A stretch of DNA of 64,000 bases from the NCBI RefSeq assembly GCF_009914755.1, contig NC_060933.1; one strand, given 5' to 3'. This document shows, one piece after another, positions 47,467 through 64,000 of this stretch. A program made the translations under genes and the position numbers. A model generated the notes under the pieces. It had not been told where the DNA came from and ran no database searches. It saw nothing but the letters and a program-made list of their open reading frames with translations. Each line of letters opens with the position of its first letter. The stretch's first letter is position 1. This stretch comes from the human T2T-CHM13v2.0 reference genome, Homo sapiens.

Positions 47467-48457
47467 AGTACTTGGTTTTAACTCCATGTTACTGAAAGGC
47501 AATGAAAAGGGTAATAAAAACAGTCTTGAATTGCTAATGCCACTCCTCCCCCATCCCCCTGAAAGGGCTGTGTGGTGTGGAGAATCTGTGCACTGAGGGA
47601 GAAAGAGCTCAGTAATTGTGAGACTTAGATTTAACTCCATGCTGCACTATTACAGTGTAAAGCAAAACTAGGCTGTACTTAGCTGACGCTTGCCCACAGA
47701 GGAAGCATTTGAACTGACCCTGGACAGATGAGAATTGCCCATCCCAGTGGTCAGAATTTGAGTTCAGCAAGCCTTTCCACTGTGGGCTGCAGTGCTCTGG
47801 TGCTTTGAATAAACTGAAACACAGTCTGGGCCACAAGAATTGCAACTCGTAGATGAGTACTAATATTGATCTGGGCTCAGAGTCAGTGGACTAGGGGAAC
47901 ATGCAGCCTACTGAGACACCAGCAGGAACACATAAGGGAGTGCTTGGGCCACGCTTTCCCCAACACTTGGCTGCAGAACTTGTGGCTCCAAAAGAGATCC
48001 GATCCTTCTGCCTGAAGAGAAGAAAAGAAAAAAACAAATAAGATCGTGTCTTGCATCTTGGATAGCAGCTTAGCCCCAGTAAATAGGGTACTGGGCAGAG
48101 TTGTAAGGTCCCCAATCTAGGCCCTAGCTCCTGGATAACCTTTCTAGACACATACTGGACTGGACCAGAAAGGAAACTGTTGCCTTGAAGTGAAGGACCC
48201 GCTCCTGGCAGGACATATCACCTGCTGACTTAAGAGCCTTTGGACGCCAAATAACCAGCAGCAATACCCAGGTAGTAGGTCATGGGCCTTAGGTGAGACT
48301 CTGAAACATGCCAACTGCAGGTGAAACAGCATATTTCCAGCTGTGGTGGCTAAGGTGAGAGAATTTATCTCCTTGAGAAAAGCAGGGGGAGAAGTAAAGG
48401 GGACTTTGTCTTGCGCCTTAGACACTCTCTTGGCTATAGGATGATAGAATAGCAAAC

Positions 48458-48521
48458 AAGCTATTGAGGTCACTAATTTTGGGACTTGGAAGCTATTGAG
48501 GTCACTAATTTTGGGACTTGG
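48458..48521. repeat. Perfect 32-bp tandem duplication
   Basis: aagctattgaggtcactaattttgggacttgg at 48458-48489 and 48490-48521. Confidence 0.95.
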
Positions 48522-51500
48522 CTTTTAGACAGCATTACTGAACATTACCTGGGCCGGAGGGGAGCCTACTATCCTGAAATGTGAGTCCCAGGCCTGGCAA
48601 CCTTTACCACAAGCTGACCAAAGAGCCCTTGGGCATTAAGTGGACATTGGTGAACACCTGGCAGTACTCCCAATGGGCCTGTGGTGGTCGTGGCCATGAG
48701 ATGAGGCTCCTCTGCCTGTGGAAGAGGAGAAAAAAGTGGGAAGGATTGTATTAAATGGTTTGAGAGCCAGCTCAGCACCAATTCATAGGACACCAGGTAG
48801 ATTTCTAAGGATTTGTACTCCAGCCCCTGGCTCATGGACAGTGTCTCTGGATCCACCAGGGGCCTGGCAGAACTCATGACCTGGAAGGGAAGGCCAAAAG
48901 CCTATCTGGCTTCACCACTGATGATTGTACTAGCCCCAGGGCCTTGAGAAAACATAGGTGGTAGCCGGGTAGTGGTTACTGTGGGCCTTGTGTGAGACCC
49001 AATGCTGTGCTGGCTTCAGATCTGACCCAGCACAGTCCCAGTGGTGGCGGGCATAAAAGTGTTTCTGTGAACCCATCCCCAGCTCCAGGTAGCTCAGCAC
49101 AGACAGAGAGACTCTGTTTATTTGGAAGAAAGTAAGAGAAGAGAATGAGTCTCTGTCTGATAATCCTGAGAATTCTTCTGGCTCTTATCCAAAACCACCG
49201 GTATAGTATCTCTATGAGACTGCACGAACCACAGTGTTACTGTGCTTGGGATGCCCCCTAATCCAGATATGCCTTGGACTGCAACACTCAAGTCCTTTCA
49301 AATACCTGAAAAGCCTTCCCAGGAAGGATGGGTACAAATAAGCCCAGACTGTGGACTACAATAATTACCTCGCTCTTAAATGCTGAGGCATGGACAAACA
49401 TCTGCAAGTATCAACAGCATACAGGAAAATATAACCTCACCAAACAAGCTAAATAAGGCACTAGGGACCAATCCTGGAGAAACAGAGATTTGTGACCAGT
49501 AAGACAGAGAATTCAAAATAGCCGTGTTGAGGAGACTCAAAGAATTTCAAGATAACACAGAAAAGGAATTCATAATTCTATGAGGTAAATTTAACAAGGA
49601 GATTGAAATAATTAAAAAGAACCAAGCAGAAATTCTGGAGTTAAAAAATAAAATTGGCATACTGAAGAACACATCAGAATTCTTTAATGACAGAGTTGAT
49701 CAAGCAAAGGGAAAAATTAGTGAGCTTGAAGACTGGCTATTTGAAAATACATAGTCAGAAGAGGCAAAAGAAAAAAAAAGAATAAACAACAATAAAGCAC
49801 GCCTGCAAGTTCTTGAAAACAATCTTAAAAGGGGCAATTTAAGAGTTATTGACCTTAAAGAGGAGATAGAAAAAGAGGTAGCAGTAGAAGGTTATTTAAA
49901 GTGATAATCACATAGAACTTCTCAAACCTAAAGAAAGATATTGATATCAATGTTATAGAACAACAAGCTAATTTAACTTGAAGAGGACTACTTCAAGGCA
50001 TTCAATCATCAAACTCCCGCAGGAGAAGAAAAAAAAGAAAGGATCCTAAAATCAGCAAGAGAAAAGATAAAAAAAAATTACAATAGAGCTCCAATATGTC
50101 TGGCAGTAGGATTTTCAGTAGAAAACATACGGGACAGAAGAGAGTGGCATGACATATTTAAAACCCTGAAGGAAGAAACTCACCAAAAAATAGTATATCT
50201 GGCTAAATTATCCTCCAAACATGAGGAAGAAATTAATGCTTTCCCAGAAAACAGAAGCTGAAAATCTTCTCAACACCAGGCCTGTCCTACAAGAAATACT
50301 AAAGGGAGTCTGTCAATCAGAAAGATATCTGAAAGTACAAAATTCACTGGCAATGGTAAGTACAAAAAATGTTAATTGCAGCATTGTTCACAATAGCCAA
50401 TATTTGGAAGCAACCTAATTGTACAACAACAGATGAACAGATAAAGAAAATGTGGTATGTACACAAAATGTAATACTATTCAGCTGTAAAAGAGAATGAC
50501 ATCCTATCATTTGCAACAACGTATATGGAACTGGAAGTCATTATGTTAAGTGAAATGAATCAAGCACAGAAAGACAAACTTCATGTGTTCTCACTTATAT
50601 ATGGGAGCTAAATATTAAAACAATTAAACTCTTGGAGATAGAGACTAGAAGGATGGTTACCAGAGGCTGAGAAGAGTAGTGAGAGGTGAGGGGAAAGTGG
50701 GGATGGTTAATGAGTACAAAAGAATACTATAAAGAATAAATAAGAGCTAGTATTTGCTACCACAACGGGATAACAATAGTAATAGTAAAAAAATTAATTT
50801 AATTTTATGTACATGTACTAAAAGAGGATAATCAACTTTTTGAAACACAAAGGATAAATGTGTGAGGGGCTGGATAACCCATTTACCATGATTTTTATAC
50901 CTTGCATGGCTGTATCAAAATATCTCATGTAACCTATAAGTATATATGCCTGCTATGTACTCACAAAAATTAAAAATAAAAAAGTAAAAGTAATATGTTT
51001 GACATTATACCTCAAGAATGCAAATAACAACCTCCAAAACTTTCAAGCTAAAACTAAGAATATTTTTAACTTGTAAAATTGTGGAATTAGTAGTTACCCA
51101 AATGTCTACTACTTCCTCACTAAAAACTAATGGGTCACACAAATATTTCCTTCTGGTTCCAGGATAATAATGCTTACTTTATTAGCCCGTCGATGCAACT
51201 GACAATGAAAGAACCTAATATTAAGACAATGCATAGCCTCCTAGAAGAAAGCAATCTAGGATCTTCTATCTAACTGTTCCAACAACTCATCCTTACGCTA
51301 ATTTAGGAAATACAACAAAATGCAGAAATTATGGTTGATCCACAGTTTTGTTATATACAGCTGCAAAGAAGACCCATAGTTTTCCAATGAAATAATTATT
51401 GATAGCACCAACAAATAATTGTACTTCAGTAACAAAATAGGCATTCAACCAAATGACAGTCATATAAAACAGTAGCTTCCTGAGCCCTCTTTAAGAGAGT

Positions 51501-51614
51501 TTGGTTCTCATTCCTGTGCCAAGAAGCATAAAATAATTTATCCTGACTCTCAGGAATGTTCTAAAACATATTAGTAATTATACCTTGTACTTACAAGAAG
51601 TATGAATTATAGCT

Positions 51615-51785
51615 ACTAATGTATACATACATACAAATTTATGTGTATATATACATGTAACTGTATACATACACACATATGTATTATATGTAATACATAC
51701 ATAATGCATATTATAATACATATGTATAATATATAATACATATATATTACATATATATGATACATATCTATTTTACATATACACT
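51615..51785. repeat. TA/CA-rich low-complexity tract
   Basis: Degenerate (TA)n/(TACA)n composition. Confidence 0.8.
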
Positions 51786-52279
51786 TTTTAATACTAAATT
51801 TTAGACTGTTAAAAGATAAAATCTGGGTACATTTTGGAAATGTTATATGTAAACTATTAAGATATAATCTGTCTACTGGTATGCACTCCAAGTCTGCCCT
51901 TCACAGGCCTTCCAATTAAATAATGACATTGAGAAAATTTGTAAGTTATGACTGTCACTGCTTCTAAATGACTATTTTCCTCTGCCTGACTGCAGTTCTT
52001 GCAAACTTGTAAGGAATATAGGTTTAGGGTAGCCAGCTTTCTTCCAAGCAGGAAGGAGTACATTTCCTACTGGGTTAACAGGCATATGTTTAACTTCTGT
52101 TCAGTTTTCTCATGTGCTACTTAATCTTAACAATTTAGGTAACCAGAGATTTGGATTATTCCATTTAAAAAAATAACCATGCATTTCAGACGTCTCAATT
52201 ATGCCCCCAAAAGCATGAATTTTAAAATTTTATCTTCCCAACTGTATTATTCTTTAAACTTCATAAGATTTATGGTGAA

Positions 52280-52640
52280 AATAATTTATAATGGCACATT
52301 ATCTTCATTTCCTTTACTGGTCATGTGTCTACTCTGACACTACCTTTGCTGTAAAGTTGGTTATTTGGTCCAAAGTTATATTACATGAGATTTCATATTA
52401 GTAGAGAAAATACTATGTAAATCTTTACATGTTAGTGAAGAGTGTGGCCAGGAAATATAAACCTATACTTGCAAAAATGTTTTAATCCTATTTAGGATTT
52501 ATTTTTGCTCTTTGCAGATGGAATTGGTCCAATATAACCATCTTGCCACCAAGCGCTGGAGTGGCTGTCCTCTTTGAGGAGAAGGTACCTTATATCTAGC
52601 TTAGCATTGTTTATATTTCTGACAGGTGAGATAATGAGCA
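52280..52640 (-). mobile_element. Decayed ERVL/MaLR internal (integrase-like) remnant
   Basis: Reverse strand around 52340-52395 reads EISCNITLDQITNFTAKV, similar to ERVL GIPHNIASDQGTHFTAKEV. Extent uncertain. Confidence 0.45.
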
Positions 52641-53959
52641 TTGACATTTTAAATTCATATCACTATTCAGATCTGGTGGGTCAGATTATTCTCCTGTCCC
52701 ATTTACTCCTTTTCTGTTAAGACTGAATTAGAAATGGTAATCAATTTAATATTGTCCCATATGTATCTCATATTCTGCTCATGTCAACCTTTTTAAACTA
52801 ATTTTTCAGTTTATATTTTTTTTATTGACATACCTTATGGTTTTTAAATCATTTCTCCTGATGTGTCCATGTGCTGGTAAGTCCATCTGTTATATTCTTA
52901 ATTTAGATGTTTCTTTTTTGTTCTAGAATACCAATGTTTTTCTTTTTTCAGTGAGCCTGTCATTTTGTTAAATTATCTATTTTAAAATCAAATTTCTCCA
53001 TACTTTCTGTTTTTTAACGTGTACATACAGTTCTTCTTGTTATTTCACATCTGGAGCATATGTGGTTTTGTATACCATTTTCTCTCTTAAATATGAAACA
53101 CTTTTTTCTGTTTCCATATGTGTCTCATATTAGTCAGTAAAAGCAGGGCATTGTGTTTTTAAAAATAAAAAAGAAGACATATAAATATAATTTTCCACAG
53201 ATGGGCATGCTCTTCCTGTCAACCACTGAGACTGAAAAGCCGATCACTTTGATCCAACCAGAGGTAAAGCAAAATCAGGGCTGGATTACATATTTTGTCA
53301 ATTTCAATTATTTTTTTAATTTCACATGGTTTATGTGTTGAATCAATCCTGTCAAGCCTATTATGGCTCCTCTTCTATAAGGACTTTTGATACTAAGTAA
53401 CTTGACTATGCAATCTCTCTCTCTATATCCCATCCAAGCTTCCAGTCATGCAAACACTATTCATCACAGCTCTGAACTTACCAATAACCCATCAAATGAA
53501 AATTAGATGACAGAGAGAATTACCTGTATGTTGGAGTTGCCTACAGATTCTAATTTATTATGCCATTCTTCATAGCTCTTATCAGCTCTCCTAAATTTTT
53601 CTCACCCTAAAAATGTTTACTTATTGTCATATTTGATCAAGACAACCAGGGAAGAAAGTAACCTGCAATCCGTCCTCACCTAGGGAAAACTTCTCTCTCT
53701 TTCTTAGTGTCTTCAATGTTTTTAAGATCTCCATGATATTGAAAATACATTGCTTTTTGATTTCTAAATTGTTATAGCATGTGATAGTGTGAACTTATCT
53801 TCTATATTCTACTTGAAAGATATATATCTGGATTGTTTTAAAAGTACTCTACCCAAGAAACCTAGGTCATCTAATTAGAAAGAGCCTGGAGATGTACCTC
53901 TATTAGAGTGACTTGTTGCTCTGAATTCTTCAACCCTCATAATATATTCACATCTATTG

Positions 53960-54385
53960 TCTTGGCCTTATCTAGGGCATGAATGATTCCAATCTCCATC
54001 TTTTGACTTTCTGCTAAACTTTGCTGTAGAGTTTGGCCAATGGCATGTGGCAGAAGCAACAGTGTGTCAGTTCTAAATCTTACCTTTCAGAGGCCTCCTC
54101 ACATATCTCTTCTCACCTTTATGCTCCTTTCTCGTCCCATTTAGCCCACTAGTCCAATAGCAGGGGAACAATATGTATGGCGAAATGCCCTCACCAATCT
54201 ATAGATATGTACTTATAGGCAGAGCCACCCTACCCACTGGAACTTCAGGAAGAGGTACCCAGTCAAATTAAACCAATATCAGCTGAATTACAACCTATCC
54301 ACAGACTGTAAGCAATAATAAATAATAAATAATTGTAAATTTAAGCCACTGTGATTATGAGTTGTTTCTTATATATACTGGGTTT
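53960..54385 (+). mobile_element. Old MLT1 (H/I/J-like) LTR
   Basis: tttggccaatggcatgtggcagaag...cagttct and aataaat...tttaagccactg...gttgttt. Confidence 0.6.
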
Positions 54386-55234
54386 TAGAATAGGTGTCAA
54401 TATTAATATTCTGGATGCAAAATCTATACATGTGTCATAAGGTATGTTAGCACACATATGTACTGCCCAGGTCAAGAGAGGTACAGTCAGAAGACTAGCC
54501 AGGAAAATGTCCATGAACACATGAAGGAAAGATATTTTAGACATCTGTCACAACCAAAGGGAGGTATGAACAATCGTATTTGTAAAGGTAATATCTTTCA
54601 TTTCCCTTACTTCTGCCTCTCCCCAGGTCAGTCTGGGGAAATATAGATGTTGTCTAGGAAAAGAAAGGGCATACTATTAATAATCTATTTTATAGTTTTA
54701 ATTTTTTACTGAATTGATATATTAATTATAATTTTGACATGAACAAAGATGACATATTATCTAAGCTTGAACTCACAATTATGGAATCTGCCCCCCCGAC
54801 AAATTATGGAACTCAGTGGCTAAAAATAAATAGCCCCTACAGAGGGAGTTTGAACAGGCAGTGTGAGAAAGAAAAATCATTACTGATTGGATTCAAAGGG
54901 TGCCTCTGCAAACTCATCAATCATGTTACCATACTTCAATTTCATTCAAACTATAATTCATAAATAACTAAAATGTTTAATCAATAGTTTGTGAATAATA
55001 AAATATCTTCATATGTTTAAAAATAACAAGGGATTCTACTTTTCTTATAGAATCAATTAACTGTGAAAACAAAGCAAATGAATAGTCAAACATGTAGGAA
55101 GTGATAGCTTTCTTTTTAAAAATTATAGAATGTTGTGAACACTTTCATTTTATTTCCTTCTGTAAATTTCATTGATATGATCAACAAAAATATAAGATAG
55201 AAGCTATAGCAATGATTAAAAAAAATCTTGGGTG

Positions 55235-55590
55235 TCATATGATTAATTTATATATCAACTTGGTAAGCCACAATATTAAAATATTTGGTCAAATACCAGT
55301 AGAGATGTCACTAGAAGGGGTGTGTGAATGTGTGTGTGTGTTTAGATGCAATTAAAATTTAAATCAGCAAACTTTGAGAATAGCAGATTATCGTATGTAA
55401 TGTGGGTGGACTAAATCCAATTAGTTGAATGCCTTAAGAAACAAAAACAAAGTAAAACTGAGGTCTTATGTGTAAGAAGGAATTCTGTCTCCATACTTCC
55501 ATCAGACCAAACCTGCAACATCAGCTGTTCCTTAGGTCCCCAGCTTCCTGGTCCACTTGGCAGAATTCTGACTTGTCAGACATGATAATC
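55235..55590 (+). mobile_element. MLT2-family (ERVL) LTR, partial
   Basis: gattaattttatatatcaacttgg, atatttggtcaaa, taatgtgggtggac...ccaattagttgaa, gaaggaattctg. Confidence 0.75.
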
Positions 55591-57454
55591 TGATTTCCAC
55601 TCCAAACCCCAAGAAAATCTTTAGCCTTTGTCAGCACAGGAAAAGGAAAAGGAGGGCAAGAACACCCAGTGCACCTGACTGCTACATGGGAATGATGTTC
55701 AATCTCATCAACAAACACATATTAAAGTTTTATCTCATTGGGAACAAAAATGAGCATTATTATTGATTATTAAAAATCATTATTAATGATTATTAATCAT
55801 TGCCAAGGCTGTTCTTATATGAGTGCTATTATATATTATTGATATATTTGTATCTTAACTTATACAAATGAATATTGGAAAAAATTAAATATATTTAAAA
55901 TTAATATTAAATCTTGAAGTCACATTCAAGATAATACGATCATGCTTTCAGTAAAACATATCTTTTTATGGAAAAATTAAGATTTAGTAGAAACATAGTG
56001 AAATTTACATAGGCTTGAAGCTAGGATTGTTTATTTTACTGAAAGTAGATTATGACTATAAACAGGATATTATTTTATAGAATACATTTCAGAGAAAACT
56101 TGTATACATTACAGCTTGACTTAATATCCTGCATGGTCTTAGGACTCTATCAAGTTACCTTGAGTTTCTTTGTTGCTCTAGAAACTGGATCAGTATTTTC
56201 TCCTCGAAGGAACACTGCTATCCTTTAGCAGTAGTGAATCCAGAATGAATGATGAGAATAAAATAGTGAGTCAATATAGAAAACACTTAATATAAGTTCT
56301 TGATGTTTCAAGGAGGCAAAAATCCCACATGCCTTATATTATTGCACTAAGGAGCTGGATTTTTTTGAGAAAATAATTTGAACACTTCAGTTTTGTGGAA
56401 TTAATTATATCAAATTAAAGAGACACAGACCTTTTCTCTGTATGTTTATTCACTGCCAGGGAAAAAGTGAAATAGAGGCATTATTGAAATGACAGAAACA
56501 AGAACCTCATTTGATCAATTCCCAACACACACACATCCTTTCTTCACTGAGAAGAAAAGGTGTGTCTGCTTACATCTAACGTAAAATATTGCTATTCTGT
56601 ATCTAAACCTAAAACTTGTCAATAAGGCAATGTTATTATGGCACTTTCAATATATAAGCATACATGAAGGTCATAAATTGAACAGAATAATTATCAATAG
56701 TCCAATTAGTGATTTAATAGTTTTTTTTGTTTTATTGAACTTGAGAATTTAATTCAGTTTATTATATGGTGGAGAGTACATAGACCAAATCTGAAAACAC
56801 ACTGGGAATTATCAATTTTGGTTTTTACTCAACTTTTTGAAGATGGGAAAAAGTTTAGTTCCAGACAAGTTGTTTTGGTGAAGAGTGTGGAGTGAGAGGA
56901 GAATTAGTCACTCTGCTACATTTAAATTTATTTGCCCAAAGTGGGAGAGGACAGCAGTTTCAAAAGGTGTTTAAGGTAACAAATTAATAATAAAATGAGA
57001 TTTAAAAGATGATGAACATCATGGAAACATGAACGTGAGGCACATGAGGAAGTCGATCAAAAGACAGTACATTTGCACTCCATCCCCCACCACTCAGTGT
57101 TTCAATTCATGCTGCTAGCCAGGTCCTCCTTCTAGGTTATCTGTTTCATGTCTCTCTGATATTAAAGCTTAAGTGTCTGCTCACACATCTCTGTTTCTTC
57201 TGTGCCCATTTAATGAGTAATAACTCTATTTTTAATTTCAGCAATTTAATCTTTAAACATTAAAAGTTAAAAAGAAAGATGCAAAACATGATGATCAGGG
57301 AAATTCATATTAATTAAAAAGTGTAGGGGTGGAAAAGGGACTCTGAATCTGGAAAATGAGTTGGCAGAAATACTTAGCCAGAAAAGTAGGGACACCATTA
57401 CTCCATTCCTGCCAAGTCCTAGTTCATATATAATTCACGCATATGGTTAGGTGT

Positions 57455-58591
<1,137 letters not shown>

Positions 58592-58779
58592 GTGTCATAC
58601 GAAATGTTTATCCCTGCTTTGGGTGGACATTTTGTGCCTTGACTACAGTCATTCTTTCTTTGGTAATTCCAATTTTTCTTTATGGCACTACCAAGCCTAC
58701 ACTCCTTTCTTCTAATTTCCTACATTCATTGATACAGGCATAGCGTTCTGTATTAATGCTGACCTCTATTGACCACATG

Positions 58780-59296
58780 TAGCTAAAATTATAATCTAAT
58801 ATCATTTGTGACTCAAGTGTTTTGAGTGGAATTGACTCTATCCCGCAGCTACAGAAGTGGATACCAATACCCTTCTTGGCTATCACAGACATTCAGAGAT
58901 TTATAAGCCCTTGCTCGCTTTTATTGGTTGAGGGATAATTACTTGACCCAAGATAAATGAAAAGGACTTCATAAAAGAATTTGGCTGGAATCATTGTGAC
59001 AGAAAATCTTTATTTCCTTTGGAACTGGTAACTATAAAAGTAATATATATTTGGAGTTGCTGAGGGCTATTGGGTAAAAAAACTTACATGACAATGAATC
59101 CATTCAGAGGAATTATGAAGCAGGAGATGTGTGAGAGATTCAACTGATGGTGTTATTTGGGCCTCTGGTTTAACCCAGATGAAAATGCCAAACTGAACAT
59201 GAAACTTTATGTTTCATAAGGCTATAATATCACATTTTTCCTTAAACCAGTTTGAGTTGATTTTCCATCATAAGGAAGCCAAGGAATCATAAATAT
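58780..59296 (+). mobile_element. Old MLT1 (K/L-like) LTR
   Basis: ttggagttgctg, cttaaaccagtttgagttgattttc near the 3' end; boundaries approximate. Confidence 0.5.
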
Positions 59297-60000
59297 TGTA
59301 TGAAATAATTACAGATGATATTAAATTATCAACATTATCTCATGATAGAAATGTATTTGGGTAGTCATTGTATTTAAATCTTCCTTTTTCAGTGTTTAAC
59401 ATGATTGAAATAATGTTAAGTGAGGCTCCATTGCAGTAAAATTAATTATTCCAATCTACTTGGTAACCAATAAAAATTTAAAATATTTTAGAAAGCACTA
59501 GTAAGTAAAATAAGTATTATTTAATTAAAAATATGTCTACATTGCATAGCACTCACATGAATTTTTTTTGAATAGAAGAAAACCAAGATATAATATCAGT
59601 TATTTGATTAAGGGTCAATTATTTGATCAATTTTTTTGAAAAAAATTAAATACTCCAGTTTTATGTATCGGTATCTATCAAAAATAAAAGTTTATAATTA
59701 TTACTTTGTGTTCAAGTAACATGGAAAGTTCAATTTATTACTGATATGCTTATATAAATGTAATATCATATGTTTTGAAAATCCAAATAAGAAAATCACG
59801 GGAAAAGGAAAATTTAAATACAGTCTATCCAAATACATTTATTCTGTTTTATTTGTAAACTTATAAGTAAATATTTAATAGTGAAAAATAGGTTCTAGGG
59901 ATTTAAGAGAATAACCATTCTAATTAAGAACGATGTACTTTAATGCTATGGTATACTTAACAACTGACCTCATAAACTCTAACTTTAAAAACTTGTATAA

Positions 60001-60384
<384 letters not shown>

Positions 60385-62499
60385 TTACTTGTAGTTTAAA
60401 CTCTGAATAAAGTGCTATATTTACTTTGTTACTGTCTGCCAATCTGCAAGACGATCATGGCAAAATTTAACTCTAAGATATAGATGCTTTTTAATATCTA
60501 AACATTATTTTGTTAACTCTTAAAAATACCTAATGTAATTTTCTCTTGACAAATAACTATACTCCTTATATTCTGATTAAAATTTTGTAATTCAGGCCTC
60601 GCTTATGTTACCTTATACCATAATGAGTTGAATCATTTTCCAATTAACATTTTAAAAAATTATTTAGTTAACATAAACTGATTTGGAGCCATTAAGATTG
60701 AGTGGCTCCTAATTATTATTTTATGAATTGTATGAAATAGCTATTTTGTTATTTTAATACAGCTTGGCAGAATTCGATGCCTTCTTCTTTATTTCTGTGA
60801 GTTTCTTAATGCAGGGTTCTTGTGTTTTCCTTTGTGTCTCTCCATCCTCAAGCAGAGTGCCTGACATATACAAGAGTTCAATACATATATTAAATGAATA
60901 AATGAATACTTAGTATATCATACTTTTATGAGTTTTTATTATACATTATTTCTGTGTGTTTGTTAGAAATTATTAAGGGCCTTATAACAAAAATGTCATC
61001 AGCCAGACAAGTTACTCTCTGATGAATGACTAACAGATCAATATTCCTTTGTGTGTGTGGTGTTATTTACATTATTATATTGAAAGCTGCTTTCCATTTA
61101 TATGAAAGTACAAATATCTGGGGGGGTGGAACACTCAAAAATCATAACAGTGATAAAAGGTATCTCATTTCACTGAGAAGGAGAAGGATTAGAATTGAAA
61201 TTAACCCAGGGCTACATGCTAACATAAGTAGAATGAATCAAAGCTATAGAAAAGTCCGAAGTTTATCTTTCTGAGAAGAACAAAATAACTAAGAAAAAAT
61301 ACGTTTACATATAGATAGATGAAGAACCTTATGTATATTTATTCAATGCCAAATTACTAAGTGTAAAGCTAAAACATAGCATTATTGAAATTCTTTCTCT
61401 CTCTCTTAAGTTATTGGAATTAAAAGGACACTAGACTAGATTGGTATTTAAAATAACCAGCTACAATTGTGTTTCTGCACATTACAAGATATGTAAACTT
61501 GGGAAATACTAAAACTCAGAAAGGCTCATTCACTCTTTTGTAAATTAAGAAGCAGCACAAACAGCAAAAATGGCACAAATATTATCTGACTTGCCTAAGT
61601 TAAATACGGGGGTGTAAAGGACTAATTTCCATAACTGGATAGTCAGATATTCTATGGAATATATTTTTTACCTGATTTAATTTAGTAGGAATGAATAACT
61701 TGTAAGATACCAATCACTGTTTTCATTTTACTAATGAGTTTATATTCAATAACACACTTCACTTACTACAAATTCATTACAAATAATTATTAATATTATA
61801 CATACAGACTCACCACACATTCTTTGTTGAGTAAGATAGGAGAATAGAAATTACATCTAAAATGTTCATGTCAACAGTTGTAACTTTGGTCCTAGCAGAT
61901 TTGTTCATTAAGCATATCATATGCTTAAATATGGCTATATTTACGAGTCTTCCAAGAGAGATGGTTGAGCTCTGTGAAGAAGTTACCATACCACAAGATA
62001 TAAAGAATTTATAATTGATATAATGTTTGATATGAAAGTTAGATTTTTTTGTTTAATTTCATTTTGCTTATCCTGGCTGCCAAAAGTAACAAGATTTTTC
62101 TTTATTATGCATAAGTAAACTAATGATTCTATTGAGCAATGAATCAATGAAGATATTGAATAAATAGATCAATGGATCTCATCCTTCATTGTATATGTAC
62201 AAAATATCATACTTCAGGTTTTCACAAATAAGGAAAAAATGCTTTTCAAGAGTATCATCCTAAAGATCATGCCCCTAAATAAGACACCATTAAAGTCATG
62301 AAAAATTACTTTTCGCATTCTGTGTATATACCAGAACTGCAAATTAATAACATTTTAGTGTTTCATGAGTCATTATTTTTCTTCATACTTCCTCTTGCTG
62401 TTTACTCTCAATATAGCAATTGCAATCATCTACTCTAATGAAATTTAAACTGCTAGAATATTACAATCTGTGTGTATGTGTATATGTAAACATATGTGT

Positions 62500-64000
62500 T
62501 TGTTTTATTATCGATACTTGATTTTATGCATATTTATGGGGTACATGTGATACTTTGTTACAAGCATAGAATGTGTAATGAATCAATCAGTCAGGGTATT
62601 TAAGATATCCATCATCTTAACATGTATCATTTTATGTGTTAGGAAGATTTGAATATCTTTATTCTAGCTATATACAAATATACAATATATTACTGTTAAC
62701 TATACTCATCCTAACCTCTTATCAAATATTAACACTTAATTCTTTCTAGCTAGCTGTATGTTTGCATGTATTAACCAGTCTTTCTTCACCCTTCCCCCAA
62801 CTCACCCCAACTCACTAGAGCCTTCCTAGTCTCTAGTAACTATCATCCTACTTTTTACTTTCATGAGGTTAGATTTTTTAACTCCTGCATATTACTGAGA
62901 AATTGTGGTATTTGTCTTTATGGATTTGGTTTACTTCATTTAACATAAGGACCTCCAGCTCCATCTATATTGCTGCAAGTGACAGGATTTGATTTTTTTG
63001 TGGCTAAGTAGTATTCAATTGTGTAAATATCCCACATTTTCATTATCCACTCATCCAGTGTACGACACTTATTCTGGTTCTATATCCTTGCTATTGTGAA
63101 TAGTCCTGCAATAAACATGTAGGTGCAGGTATCTCTTTGACATACTTATTTTTTCTTTTGAATAAAGAGCCAGTAGTGGGATTGCTGGAACATATGGCAG
63201 TTCTATTTTTAGTTTTTTGAAAAACCATCTATACTATTTTTCATAATGGCTCTACTGATTTACATTCCCACCAGGAGTGTAAAAAAGTTCCCTCTTCACA
63301 GACTTGCCAGCATCTGTTAATTTTTTTTCTTTGTCTTTTTAAATAATAGTCATTCTAACTGGAGTAAGATGATAGCTCATGGAGTGGAGCATTTATTTAT
63401 ATTTCGGCTGGCCATTTTTATATCTTCTTTTGATAAATGGCTTTTAGACCCTTTTCCCAATTTTTGTTATTATTTCTTTTCATGCTATTTCATCAAATTC
63501 CTTGTATATTCTGGATATTAGACAGATGTGAAATTAATAGCTAACAAATTTTTTCTCCTGTTTACCAGGTTCTCTCTTCACTCTGCTAATTGTTCCTTTT
63601 ACTGTGTAGATTCTTTTAGTTAAATATAATTCATTTTTGAAAATTTTTTCTTTTGTTGCTTATGTTTTTGAAGTCTTAGCTATACAATCTTTGCCTAGAA
63701 GAATGCCCTGGAGTGCTTTCCTGTATTCTTTTCTAGTTGTTTTATAGTTTGGGGTCTTAAATTTAAGTATTTAATCCACTTTGAGTTGATTTTTAATATA
63801 TATATATATACAATGAGAGACAAGGGTCTATTATCATACTTTTGCATGTGAATATCCAGTTTTTTCATTATTATTATTGAATAGGGAGTCCGTTCTTCAA
63901 TGTATATTCTTGGTGCCAAGTCAAAAATCAGTTGACTATAAAAATGTGGATTTATTTCTGGGTTCTCTATTCTGTTCCATTGGTTTATGTATCTATTTTT
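62500..64000 (-). mobile_element. L1MA3/4-like 3' portion running off the window end
   Basis: tatttatggggtacatgtgata...gcatagaatgtgtaatga 3' UTR followed by antisense ORF2 (ctattgtgaatag, gtgggattgctgg, ctattctgttccattggt). Confidence 0.85.

Overview
AT-rich primate (most likely human) non-coding DNA made largely of interspersed repeats. I found no supportable functional protein-coding gene, RNA gene or CRISPR array. The one gene-derived sequence is a near full-length processed pseudogene of RBMX (hnRNP G) at about 14272-16302 (+). It keeps the 5' UTR, 3' UTR, AATAAA, poly(A) tail and a 15-bp target-site duplication (TSD), and is disabled by a nonsense codon at position 257 and a later 1-nt deletion. 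The remainder is L1 (four 5'-inverted twin-primed insertions, one ORF2-deleted L1MA with both ends intact, and many old fragments), five Alus (one very young and Ya-like), ERV/MaLR LTRs (MER9, MER57, LTR27/28-like, MSTA, MLT1/2), decayed ERVL pol remnants, DNA-transposon MITEs and microsatellites. Nearly all ORFs in the supplied track are repeat-derived or chance. I did not find a new biological system; the best leads are retrotransposition mechanics and candidate regulatory or polymorphic sites. Family and subfamily names come from recalled consensus sequences, not from a database run.
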